NCBI GenBank assembly: GCA_027028245.1
Contig: JALVJO010000057.1
Coordinates: 27,759 to 91,758 of the forward strand
Direction: 5' to 3'
Length of the DNA: 64,000 nucleotides
Origin: Deltaproteobacteria bacterium
Lineage (GTDB): Bacteria; Desulfobacterota; Dissulfuribacteria; Dissulfuribacterales; QOAL01
Positions 1 through 9,434 of the stretch are shown in pieces. Numbering within the stretch: the stretch's first letter is position 1; every line of letters begins with the position of its first letter. Position numbers and translations under genes: made by a program. The notes under the pieces are model-generated. The model was not told where the DNA came from. It worked only from the letters and a program-made list of their open reading frames with translations, and ran no database searches.

Positions 1-995
1 TAAAATTCGTAAGGGTTACTGACCGTGAATCTGCCTGTACTGAAAACAACGGATGGGGATGCCCTGATAAATGCGACAGGAAACATCAAGTATCCTATTG
101 CGACACCCCGTCGGGGCCGGTGGTAAGGGTGCAGTTCGACCTTGGCCGGCAGGTGCTTATTCTTGGCATGGATGCATCATCTCTAAGGGCAAAACAGCGC
201 AATATCTGGAAGCTCTTTTTCTTCTTCAGCCTTGTACTGGTGGTCGTGGGGGGGCTTGTCACCTGGCTGCTTTACAGGCATCAGGCTGCCTATCTTTCAA
301 AGATGAAAGAATACGAGGAACAGCTTTATCAAAAACGGCATGAGGCAAGTCTCGGGCGCTCGGCTGCAACCATTGCCCATGAGATAAGAAACCCGCTTAA
401 CAGTGTTTCCATGGGAATCCAGAGGTTGCTCATGGAAAGGGAAGGACTTGGTCAAAAGCAAAGAGGGCTCTTGAAACTTATGCGGAGCGAACTGGCCAGG
501 ACAGAACGCATAATTTCAGGTCTTCTCTCCTATGCACGCCCCCTGAAACCGCAGACCGCACCTGTTTTAATGTCTGATGTTATCAGACAGGCCTTGGCCA
601 GGATAGAAGGGAGGAAAAGGTTTGACAACATAGGTGTTGATCTTCAGATCCTGGAGGAGACCCAGGTGGAGGCAGACCCCCACCTGGCTCTCCAGCTCTT
701 TGAAAACCTCCTTTCAAACGCCATGGATGCTCAGGATTCCGGGGGAAGCATAAAGATCGAGCTGACCGCGGAAAAAGGCTGCCAGGTGGTAAGAATATCC
801 AATACAGGTGATATTCCGTCCGGTCAGGATTTGGAGCAGATTTTCGAACCGTATTTCACCTTAAAGACAAGGGGTACAGGGCTGGGGCTTGCCATCTGCC
901 AGCGCATCATGGCAGCGCACCAAGGGTTCATACGTGCCAGGGTGGAATCAGGGGTCTTCATTGTGGAAACAGGCTTTCCCCGCAAGGCCGAATGA
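1..995 (+). CDS. Sensor histidine kinase (HisKA + HATPase_c); 5' end probably outside the window
   Basis: ORF 120..995 has a TM helix (LFFFFSLVLVVVGGLVTWLLY), H-box AATIAHEIRNPLNS, N box LFENLLSNAMDA, and G boxes NTGDIPSG and GTGLGLAICQ. The same frame has no stop between nt 3 and 120, so the listed GTG start is doubtful. Confidence 0.85.
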   Translation, partial: KFVRVTDRESACTENNGWGCPDKCDRKHQVSYCDTPSGPVVRVQFDLGRQVLILGMDASSLRAKQRNIWKLFFFFSLVLVVVGGLVTWLLYRHQAAYLSKMKEYEEQLYQKRHEASLGRSAATIAHEIRNPLNSVSMGIQRLLMEREGLGQKQRGLLKLMRSELARTERIISGLLSYARPLKPQTAPVLMSDVIRQALARIEGRKRFDNIGVDLQILEETQVEADPHLALQLFENLLSNAMDAQDSGGSIKIELTAEKGCQVVRISNTGDIPSGQDLEQIFEPYFTLKTRGTGLGLAICQRIMAAHQGFIRARVESGVFIVETGFPRKAE

Positions 996-1011
996 ACATG
1001 GAAAAGGCCAT

Positions 1012-2334
1012 ATGAAAATTCTAATTGTAGACGACGAGCCGGTTCAGAGGGCTATTATAGGCCAGTTCCTGGAAGAACACGGTTTTCAGGTGCTGGAAGC
1101 AGAAGACGGGCGACGTGCCCTGGACCTTTTCAGGAAAGGGTTCATCCCCCTGGTTCTTCTTGACCACAGGATGCCGGACATGAACGGTGATCAGGTCCTG
1201 GAAGAACTTATGAAAATCAATCCCCTTGTACAGGTCATCATGATTACAGCATATGGTGCCGTAGATACTGCAGTAAAGGTCATGAAACTTGGTGCAGCAG
1301 ACTTTCTGGAAAAGCCCGTGGATCTGGAGCTGCTGCTGGGAAAGGTAGAGGCTGCAGTAAACAGGATTGAAACAGAGACAGACCTCCAGGAAGTCAGCAC
1401 AGAGCTGGACGAAGGCCGGATCCCCCTGACCTTCATTGGCAAAAGTGCCCCCATGAAAGAAGCAGTATCCACGGCAAAACGAGTTGCCGCAACCCCTTGG
1501 CCTGTTCTCATTTACGGAGAGACAGGCACCGGCAAGGAACTCATGGCGAGGCTTGTTCATGAGCTGAGCCCCAGAAAGGATGCTGAATTCGTAGAGGTCA
1601 ACTGCGCTGCCATTCCTGAGACACTTTTTGAAAGCGAGCTGTTCGGTCATAAAAAGGGGGCATTTACAGGGGCTTCTCGGGATAAACAGGGACTCTTCGA
1701 ATTTGCACAGCACGGCACCCTTTTCCTGGACGAGATAGGGGAACTGCCGGAGCACCTACAGGCAAAACTTCTAAGGGTCCTTCAGGAAAAAAGGATAACT
1801 GCGGTAGGGGCATTGAGGCCTGTGGAGGTAGATGTCCGGATAGTAGCAGCCACCAACAGGGACCTGAAAAAGATGGCGGACCAGGGACTTTTCAGACAGG
1901 ACCTTTATTTTCGATTGAATGTCTTTGAGATACACCTGCCGCCCCTTCGTGAGAGGAAGGACGATATTCCCGACTTGGTCAACCTCTTCATGGCCAAATA
2001 CCAGACTCAGCCAGTCCGGATTTCCAGCGAGGCCATGGACAGGCTGTTGAAATACCACTGGCCAGGCAACGTCAGGGAGCTGGAGCACATTATTCAACGG
2101 CTTGTTACCCTTTGCCGAGGAAATGTAATAAAGGCATCTGATATACCCTTTGTTCCCCGTGAAACAGCCTCGAACCTTTCAGAAAGGCTGAAACAGGTGG
2201 AAAAAGAGGAAATACTCAAGGCCCTCCGGGCAAAAGACTGGATACAGACCAGGGCAGCCGAGCTTCTTGGCATAAGTGAAAGGGTGTTGAGGTACAAGAT
2301 GAAAAAATACGGCATCAAGAACAAAAGACAGTGA
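1012..2334 (+). CDS. Sigma-54-dependent response regulator (NtrC family enhancer-binding protein)
   Basis: Receiver domain (MKILIVDDEP, LLDHRMPDMNG). AAA+ domain with Walker A GETGTGKE, GAFTGA loop and Walker B LFLDEIGE. C-terminal HTH. The ATG at 1012 is preferred over the ORF-track start 889, which overlaps the kinase gene. Confidence 0.9.
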   Translation: MKILIVDDEPVQRAIIGQFLEEHGFQVLEAEDGRRALDLFRKGFIPLVLLDHRMPDMNGDQVLEELMKINPLVQVIMITAYGAVDTAVKVMKLGAADFLEKPVDLELLLGKVEAAVNRIETETDLQEVSTELDEGRIPLTFIGKSAPMKEAVSTAKRVAATPWPVLIYGETGTGKELMARLVHELSPRKDAEFVEVNCAAIPETLFESELFGHKKGAFTGASRDKQGLFEFAQHGTLFLDEIGELPEHLQAKLLRVLQEKRITAVGALRPVEVDVRIVAATNRDLKKMADQGLFRQDLYFRLNVFEIHLPPLRERKDDIPDLVNLFMAKYQTQPVRISSEAMDRLLKYHWPGNVRELEHIIQRLVTLCRGNVIKASDIPFVPRETASNLSERLKQVEKEEILKALRAKDWIQTRAAELLGISERVLRYKMKKYGIKNKRQ

Positions 2335-2338
2335 TAAT

Positions 2339-3034
2339 ATGGCAGAAGGTCACAGGCAGCGCCTCAGGGACCGGTTTCTGAGATACGGCATTGACTCCTT
2401 TACTGACGAGGAAATAATAGAAGTACTCCTTTCTATGGGTACTCCGAGAAAAGACTGCAAACTTCCGGCACGGGAGCTCTGCAGCCGTTTTGGCTCCCTG
2501 GCCATGGTCCTTGAGGCTGCCCCGCAGGAGCTGCAGCAGGTAAAAGGAGTGGGACCCAATAATATTTTCGCTGTAAAATTCATCCATGAAGCTGCCAGAA
2601 GGTTCCTAAGGCAAAGGCTGCAGTCACGTCCTCAAATCCACTCTGCCAGGGACATTGCAGATTACCTCTGCCATGCCCTGTCATTCAGGGATCGGGAGGT
2701 TTTTATAGCTGTCTTTCTGGATTCAAAAAATGGCGTGATTGACCTGGAAGAACTCTTTTCAGGCACAGCAAATGCCACTGCAGTATACCCCAGAGAGGTT
2801 ATGAGAAAGGCCCTGATTAAAAATGCAACCGCTCTGATCTGTGCCCACAACCACCCTTCAGGCTCAATCGAGCCCTCCAGGGCAGACAGGATAATAACCT
2901 GGCAGATCATCAAGGCAGCAGAGGTGGTCGGCATAAGGATGCTGGATCACATCATCATCGGCGGGCCCTCGAAATATTTCAGCTTTTCAGAAAACGGCTT
3001 GATGAACAGTGACAAGCTCATGAAAAATGGCTGA
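2339..3034 (+). CDS. radC: RadC-like JAB/MPN domain protein (UPF0758)
   Basis: 231 aa. N-terminal HhH-like region and the C-terminal JAB motif HNHPSGSIEPSRADRIIT typical of RadC. Confidence 0.85.
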   Translation: MAEGHRQRLRDRFLRYGIDSFTDEEIIEVLLSMGTPRKDCKLPARELCSRFGSLAMVLEAAPQELQQVKGVGPNNIFAVKFIHEAARRFLRQRLQSRPQIHSARDIADYLCHALSFRDREVFIAVFLDSKNGVIDLEELFSGTANATAVYPREVMRKALIKNATALICAHNHPSGSIEPSRADRIITWQIIKAAEVVGIRMLDHIIIGGPSKYFSFSENGLMNSDKLMKNG

Positions 3035-3494
3035 ATTTCAAGTAAAGCATGCAGAACATTTCATGAAAGAGGCCCTCGGGCAGGCCCTCAGGGCATATAA
3101 AAAGGGGGAAGTACCGGTAGGTGCCGTGCTGGTCTCAAATAATGGAGAGATCATCTCCTCTGCCCACAATTGCCCGATATCCATGGATGATCCAACAGCC
3201 CATGCCGAGATCCTGGCCCTCAGGAAGGCCGCCCAAAGGACGGGCAACTACCGGCTGCCTGGCACCTGGCTGTTTGCAACCCTTGAACCCTGTATCATGT
3301 GCGCCGGGGCCCTGGTCTGGTCAAGGGTCAGAGGCGTGATCTTCGGAGCCAGGGATTCGAAATCAGGAGCCTTTGGCTCTGTTTTAAATATCAATGATGT
3401 TCCGGGACTAAACCACCGCCTGGAAATCATGGAAGGAATACTGGCAGATGAATGTTCTGGGATTCTGAAGGATTTCTTCCGAAGGCGCCGATAG
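3027..3494 (+). CDS. tadA: tRNA adenosine(34) deaminase
   Basis: 155 aa. Cytidine/deoxycytidylate deaminase zinc motifs HAEILALRKA and PCIMCAGAL. Size and context fit TadA. Confidence 0.9.
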   Translation: MAEFQVKHAEHFMKEALGQALRAYKKGEVPVGAVLVSNNGEIISSAHNCPISMDDPTAHAEILALRKAAQRTGNYRLPGTWLFATLEPCIMCAGALVWSRVRGVIFGARDSKSGAFGSVLNINDVPGLNHRLEIMEGILADECSGILKDFFRRRR

Positions 3495-3539
3495 CTTCGA
3501 TTAAAAGGATTTTAAAAATAATGAGTTCAGGACAATTCT

Positions 3540-3890
3540 TCAGGAAATTGTACAATCAACCTTCTTATTATCAATAATGGTGCAGACGACATTGAAGCCC
3601 TCAAAGTCATTGTTGCTTACAGAATTTGTTACAATGGTCCCATTAATATCCAAAGTAAGGCTGCCAAAATTATTGCTGCAACTATAAGAAGTAGACCCCA
3701 TATCAGCATAGGCGGCGATGGCTTGATCTATGCAATTTTTTACTATGTATTCAGCTGCCGTGACAGCAGATTTCTGCTTATAGGGCATGAATTGAGGAAT
3801 GGCTACTGCTACTAACACCCCTATGATGGCCACTACGATCAACAACTCTATGAGGGTAAATCCGCTATTATTTTTTATTTTTTCAAACAT
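3540..3890 (-). CDS. Type IV pilin-like protein (prepilin N-terminal methylation motif), paralogue 2
   Basis: 116 aa. Leader MFEKIKNNSG followed by [24 protein letters not shown]. Four Cys conserved with the neighbouring pilin. Confidence 0.85.
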   Translation of the reverse strand: MFEKIKNNSGFTLIELLIVVAIIGVLVAVAIPQFMPYKQKSAVTAAEYIVKNCIDQAIAAYADMGSTSYSCSNNFGSLTLDINGTIVTNSVSNNDFEGFNVVCTIIDNKKVDCTIS

Positions 3891-3924
3891 TTTGCCACCC
3901 TCAGAGAACTCCGAAATTATGACT

Positions 3925-3954
3925 AATCAAAAAGGGCCGGAGATCCGGCCCTTT
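3925..3954 (-). terminator. Intrinsic terminator between the two pilin genes
   Basis: The minus-strand RNA reads AAAGGGCCGG-AUCU-CCGGCCCUUU followed by UUGAUU. This is a 10-bp GC-rich stem plus a U tract, directly after the stop of the 3975..4340 gene. Confidence 0.75.
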
Positions 3955-3974
3955 CCAGTTTATTTATTCATAAC

Positions 3975-4340
3975 CTATGAAGCACTACAGCTTACAGTTT
4001 CGCCATTTGTAATGGTACACGAGATATTGAAGCCTTTGAAGGAGCTATTGCTCACAGAAGTAGTTGTAATAGTACCGTTGCTGTCCAGCGTCAACGAACC
4101 GAAACTGTTACTGCAGGTATGAGAAGTGGCTCCGGTGTCTGCATACTCTGCTATTGCCTCACTCATGCAGGCTGCCACTATACCTTCGGCAGCAGCCACT
4201 GCAGATTTTTTCTTATACTGCGCATACTGAGGGATCGCTACTGCAGCCAGGATTCCAATAATTGCTACGACGATGAGCAATTCAACCAGGGTAAAACCTT
4301 TTTCAGAACCGGTGTGTTTGGGTAAAAGTCTTTCCATCAT
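3975..4340 (-). CDS. Type IV pilin-like protein (prepilin N-terminal methylation motif), paralogue 1
   Basis: 121 aa. Leader ending in G followed by [25 protein letters not shown]-terminal half has four Cys. Confidence 0.85.
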   Translation of the reverse strand: MMERLLPKHTGSEKGFTLVELLIVVAIIGILAAVAIPQYAQYKKKSAVAAAEGIVAACMSEAIAEYADTGATSHTCSNSFGSLTLDSNGTITTTSVSNSSFKGFNISCTITNGETVSCSAS

Positions 4341-4464
4341 TTTTAATTTTCCTCCTTGGATTTTATTATTGGTTTTGAAATGATGACATAATAACTCTTT
4401 TAAATAAATTCTTTACGGGTCTGGTCACCTCCTTGTTTCAAGTGTCTTCTTGTTTTTGAGTTAT

Positions 4465-4480
4465 TGCATGTGGCATGCCA
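4465..4480 (-). promoter_or_regulatory. Putative sigma-54 (-24/-12) promoter for the pilin gene(s)
   Basis: The minus strand reads TGGCATGCCACATGCA, with exact GG-N10-GC spacing (consensus TGGCAC-N5-TTGCA). It lies about 125 nt upstream of the ATG at 4340. Confidence 0.55.
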
Positions 4481-4563
4481 ACTCCTTCAAAGCCTGTGCA
4501 GAAGAATTTGCATGCTCCAGGCACTGTACTTTCAGGAAATAGCTGTCTAGGATTTATTGATGG

Positions 4564-4618
4564 TGACAAAAAAGGGCACTGCTGACACCTAAGTTGACAA
4601 CTTGACCCGAAACTGTCA
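4564..4618. promoter_or_regulatory. Cluster of TGACA/TGTCA pentamers (candidate enhancer/UAS for the pilin promoter)
   Basis: TGACA at 4564, 4583 and 4595. TGACC at 4603. TGTCA at 4614. The outer copies form GGTGACA...TGTCACC. The cluster sits 84-138 bp upstream of the -24/-12 element. Confidence 0.35.
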
Positions 4619-4993
4619 CCGGGAGCTCAGAAGCTAACTCGGCACCAGGATAATTAATGATAGTTTTGATAAATGCTTGCCCTCATATCTACAAACATGG
4701 ATGTTCAAACGAGATTTTTTCAGGCCAAGGACCGAGATTCTTTGATGGGTAACCTGGTATTTGAGAGGGCCTGGTTTGAGCAAACATATCTATTCGACGT
4801 GAAAGGATACAATTGACAAAAAGGCCATGGGGAGAAACGGTAACGAGGATCTAAATTTCTTGTTGAGCCCTGTCTCCTAAAAAAATCTTTTACCATTTTT
4901 AATAAGCATCCGATAAAAAGATGGAACAGGATAAAATTCAATCAGATATTCTGCATTATCAGCTCATTGAACCGAAATGAAAAGGAATAAGAG

Positions 4994-5455
4994 GTGGATG
5001 CTAAAATAATTAATCCCTTTCTTGAGGCTGCCATGAACGTCCTTAAGACCATGGCAATGATAGAAGCTGCTCCGGGGAAACCCTTTCTTAAAAAAAATGA
5101 TACTGCCATGGGAGATGTTTCGGGCATAATCGGCATAACAGGCGCTGCCCAGGGTTCGATGTCCATATCCTTTGAGTCGCCCTGTATATGTTCTGTAGTG
5201 ACAAACCTTTTCGGAGTCTCTGTCAGTGAGATCAACGATGAAGTCAAGGATGCTGTGGGAGAGATGACAAATATGATATGCGGAGATGCCAGAAGACGTC
5301 TTGAAGGAGCGGGCATTTCACTCCAGGCCGGAACCCCCACCGTGGTTGCAGGAAAGAACCACTCCATCACCCATATTCACACAGGCCCCTGCCTGGCAGT
5401 GCCCTTCGAAACGGAAAAGGGTAAATTTGTTCTGGAGGTGGCCTTTAACGATTAA
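4994..5455 (+). CDS. cheX: CheX/CheC-like chemotaxis phosphatase family protein
   Basis: 153 aa. The N-terminus (V)DAKIINPFLEAAMNVLKTMA and the overall size match the CheX family pattern. GTG start. Confidence 0.7.
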   Translation: MDAKIINPFLEAAMNVLKTMAMIEAAPGKPFLKKNDTAMGDVSGIIGITGAAQGSMSISFESPCICSVVTNLFGVSVSEINDEVKDAVGEMTNMICGDARRRLEGAGISLQAGTPTVVAGKNHSITHIHTGPCLAVPFETEKGKFVLEVAFND

Positions 5456-6170
5456 CGGCTTCCAGTGCCCTTGCAATCTCCTTCTTTATGGCCCTGGCAG
5501 CACCTGCAGGATTGTCTGAATCCCTGACAGGTCGTCCCACAACCAGATAATCCGAACCGTTTAAAACAGCGAAAAAGGGAGATGCCGAGCGCGCCTGATC
5601 ATCGTTGTCAGGGCTGGAACCGGTCTCCGGCCTTATGCCCGGAGTCACGATGATGAGCTCGCTGCCTGCTTTCCTCCTCACTCCAGCCGCTTCCTTCGGG
5701 GAACAAACTATACCAATGCAGCCTGCATCCCGGGCAGCAACAGCCCTGCTGATCACAAGCTCCTCGATGGAGCGACGGGCACCGAATTCCTCCATTTCTT
5801 CTTGGCCAAGACTGGTCAGGACGGTTACGGCAAGTATGCCAAGGCCGTCTGCTCCACTGGCAGCAGCCTTTATAATGGACCTGTTGCCATGTACAGTGGC
5901 AAAAGATATTCCCCGGCCCTGAAGCTGCCGAACTGCAAGCTCAACTGTCTGCGGAATATCATAGAACTTGAGATCAAGCATGACCTTTAACCCCCTGTCC
6001 ACGATCCATTGAACCATTGGAAAACCCCCAGCCAAAAAAAGCTGCAGGCCCACCTTGAAAAACCTTGTTTCCGGCTCCAGCATTCTTACCAGTTCCTTGG
6101 CCTGATCCATTTCGGCCACGTCCAGGGCAAAGATCAGCCGTTCTTCAAGGGGAATATTTTTGACTTGCAT
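5445..6170 (-). CDS. pyrF: Orotidine 5'-phosphate decarboxylase
   Basis: 241 aa. Motifs LIFALDV and DLKFYDIPQTV, plus C-terminal DYLVVGRP, all typical of PyrF. Confidence 0.9.
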   Translation of the reverse strand: MQVKNIPLEERLIFALDVAEMDQAKELVRMLEPETRFFKVGLQLFLAGGFPMVQWIVDRGLKVMLDLKFYDIPQTVELAVRQLQGRGISFATVHGNRSIIKAAASGADGLGILAVTVLTSLGQEEMEEFGARRSIEELVISRAVAARDAGCIGIVCSPKEAAGVRRKAGSELIIVTPGIRPETGSSPDNDDQARSASPFFAVLNGSDYLVVGRPVRDSDNPAGAARAIKKEIARALEAVNR

Positions 6171-6364
6171 TTTTCACCTCTTCCTAGGACATTAAATCCT
6201 GATATCACTAAACGTCCTCCTGTAGCCTGAAGCATTGAAGCTTGAGAGCAAGGGATGTCAACATGCTGAAAGCCGCTTAAGCCTTGTTATGCATTCCGGC
6301 TGAAGGCCCAAACAGAGGACGAAGTTGAAAACAGATGTCTTCTTATATCAATACATAGGATCTT

Positions 6365-7459
6365 ATGAAAGAGCTGATTAAAAAACGAATCCAGAGACTG
6401 AGAAAAAGCCTTTCAGCCAGAAAACTTGATGCCACGCTTATCACCAGCCCGCAAAACCGTTTTTATTTCAGCGGGTTCGATGCAGAAGACCTGGGCCTTA
6501 CAGAATCTGCAGGGGCCCTTTTAATAACCCGCAGGCAGCAGTTTCTCCTGACAGATGGAAGATACCAGCTCCAGGCAAAAAACCAGGCTCCCAGCTTTGA
6601 AATAACCATTTACAAAAAGGGGCTTGCACGTGAACTCGGAAAGATATTTCAAAAAATCCGGGTTAAAAGCTGTGCCTTTGAGCCGAACTATATCTCATGC
6701 AGCAGGTTTAACAGCCTGAAGAAGGCCACTCCTGATACAGCCTGGCATGAACTCGGAGACATCTGCCAGAAGATGAGACTCATAAAGGACAACAGTGAAT
6801 GCATCCAGATTGCAGCTTCCCAGCGGGCAGCAGAAAAGGTGTTCCAGAATGTGGTTTCTGAAATAACCCCGGGCAGGACCGAAAAGGAAATAGCATTTCT
6901 AATACTGCAGGGGCTTTACACCTTGGCCGACGGTCCCTCCTTCCCCCCAATAGTGGCATCCGGCCCTAACAGCGCTCTTCCCCATGCCGTGCCGTCAGAC
7001 CGCACCATTCAAGAAGGAGAACCTGTGATTGTTGACATGGGTGCACGCCTTGGCGGATATTGTTCGGACATGACCAGGACCATCTTCTGCGGAGCGCCTT
7101 CAGATAAGTTCAGGGACATCTATAAAACGGTAAGAAACGCGCAAAAGGCTGCTCAGATGCATATCCGGCCGGGCCAGACGGGAAAACAGGCCGACGGGCT
7201 TGCCAGGAAGGTCATAGAAGATGCCGGCTACGGCAATTTTTTCGTACATTCCCTGGGCCATGGTGTGGGCATTGCTATTCACGAGGCACCGCTACTTTCT
7301 CCCAGGTCTGCTAAAAAACTGCAAACAGGAATGGTCTTTACAGTGGAACCAGGCATTTACGTACCTGAAGAAGGCGGAGTAAGGCTTGAAAATATGGGGA
7401 TTTTAAGGAACAGCGGCCTGGAGATCATGACCAGCGACAGATGGTTTTATGATTTCTGA
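6365..7459 (+). CDS. Xaa-Pro aminopeptidase / M24B family peptidase
   Basis: 364 aa. Creatinase-like N-domain. M24 metal-ligand region VDMGARLGGYCSDMTRT, HSLGHGVGIAIHEAP, FTVEPGIY. Confidence 0.85.
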   Translation: MKELIKKRIQRLRKSLSARKLDATLITSPQNRFYFSGFDAEDLGLTESAGALLITRRQQFLLTDGRYQLQAKNQAPSFEITIYKKGLARELGKIFQKIRVKSCAFEPNYISCSRFNSLKKATPDTAWHELGDICQKMRLIKDNSECIQIAASQRAAEKVFQNVVSEITPGRTEKEIAFLILQGLYTLADGPSFPPIVASGPNSALPHAVPSDRTIQEGEPVIVDMGARLGGYCSDMTRTIFCGAPSDKFRDIYKTVRNAQKAAQMHIRPGQTGKQADGLARKVIEDAGYGNFFVHSLGHGVGIAIHEAPLLSPRSAKKLQTGMVFTVEPGIYVPEEGGVRLENMGILRNSGLEIMTSDRWFYDF

Positions 7460-8204
7460 GCCGAACAGGGAAAATCAGGCCGAACTGAGTCTCACGGAAC
7501 ATCTGGCCGAACTCAGGACCCGGCTCATCAGGTCTGCAGCAGCAGTGGCCGCGGGCTTTTGTATCTGCTATGCCTTTATTAAGCCCATCTTTGCCTTTCT
7601 CTCCCTGCCCCTGAAGGAGGTTCTGCCTCCGGGCTCCACCCTTATTTTTACTTCCTATCCCGAGGCATTTTTCACGTATCTAAAGCTTGCACTGACAGCA
7701 GGCCTCTTTCTGGCAAGCCCCTTCATACTTCACGAGATATGGGCCTTCATAGCGCCGGGCCTTTATCCCCATGAAAGAAAATGGGCCCTGCCCTTCATAT
7801 TCTTCTCAAGCCTTTTTTTCATAGGAGGTGCAATATTTGGTTATTTTGCCGTATTTCCTGCGGCATTTGCCTTTCTGGCAAGCTATGCCGGTGCCGACCT
7901 GAAACTCCTTCCAAGCGTAAGCGAATATTTCAGCCTCACCATAAAGCTGCTGCTGGGTTTCGGAGCCGCCTTCGAGCTGCCCATATTCATGGTCTTCATG
8001 GCCCTGGTGGGCATAGTGGACGCCAAAATGCTAAGGAAAAACAGAAAATACGCACTCCTTATCATATTCATAATCGCCGCGGTACTCACACCCACGCCGG
8101 ACGTGGTGAACCAGTGCCTCCTGGCAGGCCCCCTCCTGGTGCTCTATGAGATCAGCATCATCCTGGTGGCCCTTATTGGCAGAAGGAAAGCACCTGGGCA
8201 ATAG
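7449..8204 (+). CDS. tatC: Twin-arginine translocase subunit TatC
   Basis: 251 aa with six predicted TM segments. N-terminal LTEHLAELRTRLI motif typical of TatC. Confidence 0.9.
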   Translation: MISEPNRENQAELSLTEHLAELRTRLIRSAAAVAAGFCICYAFIKPIFAFLSLPLKEVLPPGSTLIFTSYPEAFFTYLKLALTAGLFLASPFILHEIWAFIAPGLYPHERKWALPFIFFSSLFFIGGAIFGYFAVFPAAFAFLASYAGADLKLLPSVSEYFSLTIKLLLGFGAAFELPIFMVFMALVGIVDAKMLRKNRKYALLIIFIIAAVLTPTPDVVNQCLLAGPLLVLYEISIILVALIGRRKAPGQ

Positions 8205-9345
8205 TATCCCTGCCGTACTGGTCCTCTATACCCCATATTCCCGCCTGTCGGCTTGCGTTTTCAGCAATCCGGCCGTGATCCTTTTCAGCAATGCCAAGAT
8301 CCGACAGAGAGGCCGGACAACCTATGGATTTAAGCCAGTCCCTGAACCTGTCGGCCGTCTGCACAGCGCAAAGGGCTTGGTCTGAACCTTCCTGAATTCC
8401 CAGGCAGTGCCTCCCGAACTGGCAGATCTTTTCAGGCCCGTGGAATTTGGCCTTCCATTTCATCCAGCCGCTCAGAAGTGCTGCAAGCCCTGCACCATGA
8501 GCAACGCCGTAAATTGCACTTAAGGCGTGTTCTATGAGATGCACGGGGAAGGGATGCTCCCCGACACCAGCCCTGGTGAGGCCGTTCAGGGCCAATGTGG
8601 CAGCCCACATTAAGGCAGCCCTCTGGTTATAATCCTCCGGGGATGCAAGGCAGGCCTCGGTACTCTTCATCAGAACCCTCATGAGGCCTTGGGCAAGCTC
8701 ATCCTGAACTGGTGTAAACCCTGCCGGACCATTGAAATATGGTTCCATGAGATGACATACGGCATCCACCCCCCCGTAGGCAGTGTAATCCCGGGGCACA
8801 GAAAAGGTGAGCTCCGGGGCCAGGAAGGAAATCTTCGGATAGACGTGTGGAGAGCCTGCTGCAAGCTTGTGTCCGGTTTCCTCATTGGTGATGACCATAA
8901 ATCCGTTCATCTCCGAGCCTGAAGCTGCCAGGGTGGGTATACAGACCACGGAAAGCGCCCTTTCAATGGCTGCCCTGCCCTCAAAGACATCCCATACATC
9001 TCCTTCCAGCAAGACCCCGGCTGCCACAGCCTTTGCAGTATCCATAACGCTTCCGCCCCCCAGGGCAACGATGAACTGAATAGAGCCCTCTCGTGCAATA
9101 CCAATTCCCTGGTGAACCTTGGAAAGCACAGGGTTTGACTGGACACCTGAAAGATCCCTGACTTCAATGGCTGCACTTTCCAGGTTTTTTTTCACCAGGT
9201 CGTACACCCCTGTCTCCTTAACACTTTTCCTGCCTGTGACCAGCAGACAGCGAGTCCCGAGGCTTTTTGCCTCCTGCCCGAGGCGTTTCAGTATCCCTCT
9301 TCCGAATATTATCCTGGTGGGGTTTTGAAACTCGAAATTTTCCAT
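8173..9345 (-). CDS. Iron-containing (group III) alcohol dehydrogenase
   Basis: Motifs ALGGGSVMDTAKA and the HALSAIYGVAHGAG histidine region. The start MENFEFQNPTRIIFG (9345) is preferred over the upstream ATG at 9396. Confidence 0.85.
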   Translation of the reverse strand: MENFEFQNPTRIIFGRGILKRLGQEAKSLGTRCLLVTGRKSVKETGVYDLVKKNLESAAIEVRDLSGVQSNPVLSKVHQGIGIAREGSIQFIVALGGGSVMDTAKAVAAGVLLEGDVWDVFEGRAAIERALSVVCIPTLAASGSEMNGFMVITNEETGHKLAAGSPHVYPKISFLAPELTFSVPRDYTAYGGVDAVCHLMEPYFNGPAGFTPVQDELAQGLMRVLMKSTEACLASPEDYNQRAALMWAATLALNGLTRAGVGEHPFPVHLIEHALSAIYGVAHGAGLAALLSGWMKWKAKFHGPEKICQFGRHCLGIQEGSDQALCAVQTADRFRDWLKSIGCPASLSDLGIAEKDHGRIAENASRQAGIWGIEDQYGRDTIAQVLSFCQ

Positions 9346-9434
9346 ACTTCTGAACCTCCTGAGCTGAAACTGAAAAGGCGGCCTGAAACATGCCATGGCC
9401 GCCCTGGTAGTCTTGATTATATAGTTTTTTAAAA

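Noticed and set aside
71-343. 90-aa ORF at the window start, and other short overlapping ORFs in intergenic regions (4720..4941, 6009..6230, 43818..44089, 52644..52968)
   Set aside because: They have no ribosome-binding sites or motifs and their composition is non-coding-like. They either overlap better-supported frames or lie in promoter/leader regions.
1021-1755. 244-aa minus-strand ORF, and other shadow ORFs inside EBP, ppsA, RND and NtrY genes (for example 10287..10979, 26130..26816, 40230..41037)
   Set aside because: All lie fully within strongly supported genes on the opposite strand and have no motifs of their own.
3540-4340. Conductive Geobacter-type e-pilins
   Set aside because: Both pilins are full-length (about 105 aa mature) with Cys-containing globular C-terminal halves. 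They lack the truncated, aromatic-dense architecture of Geobacter PilA-N.
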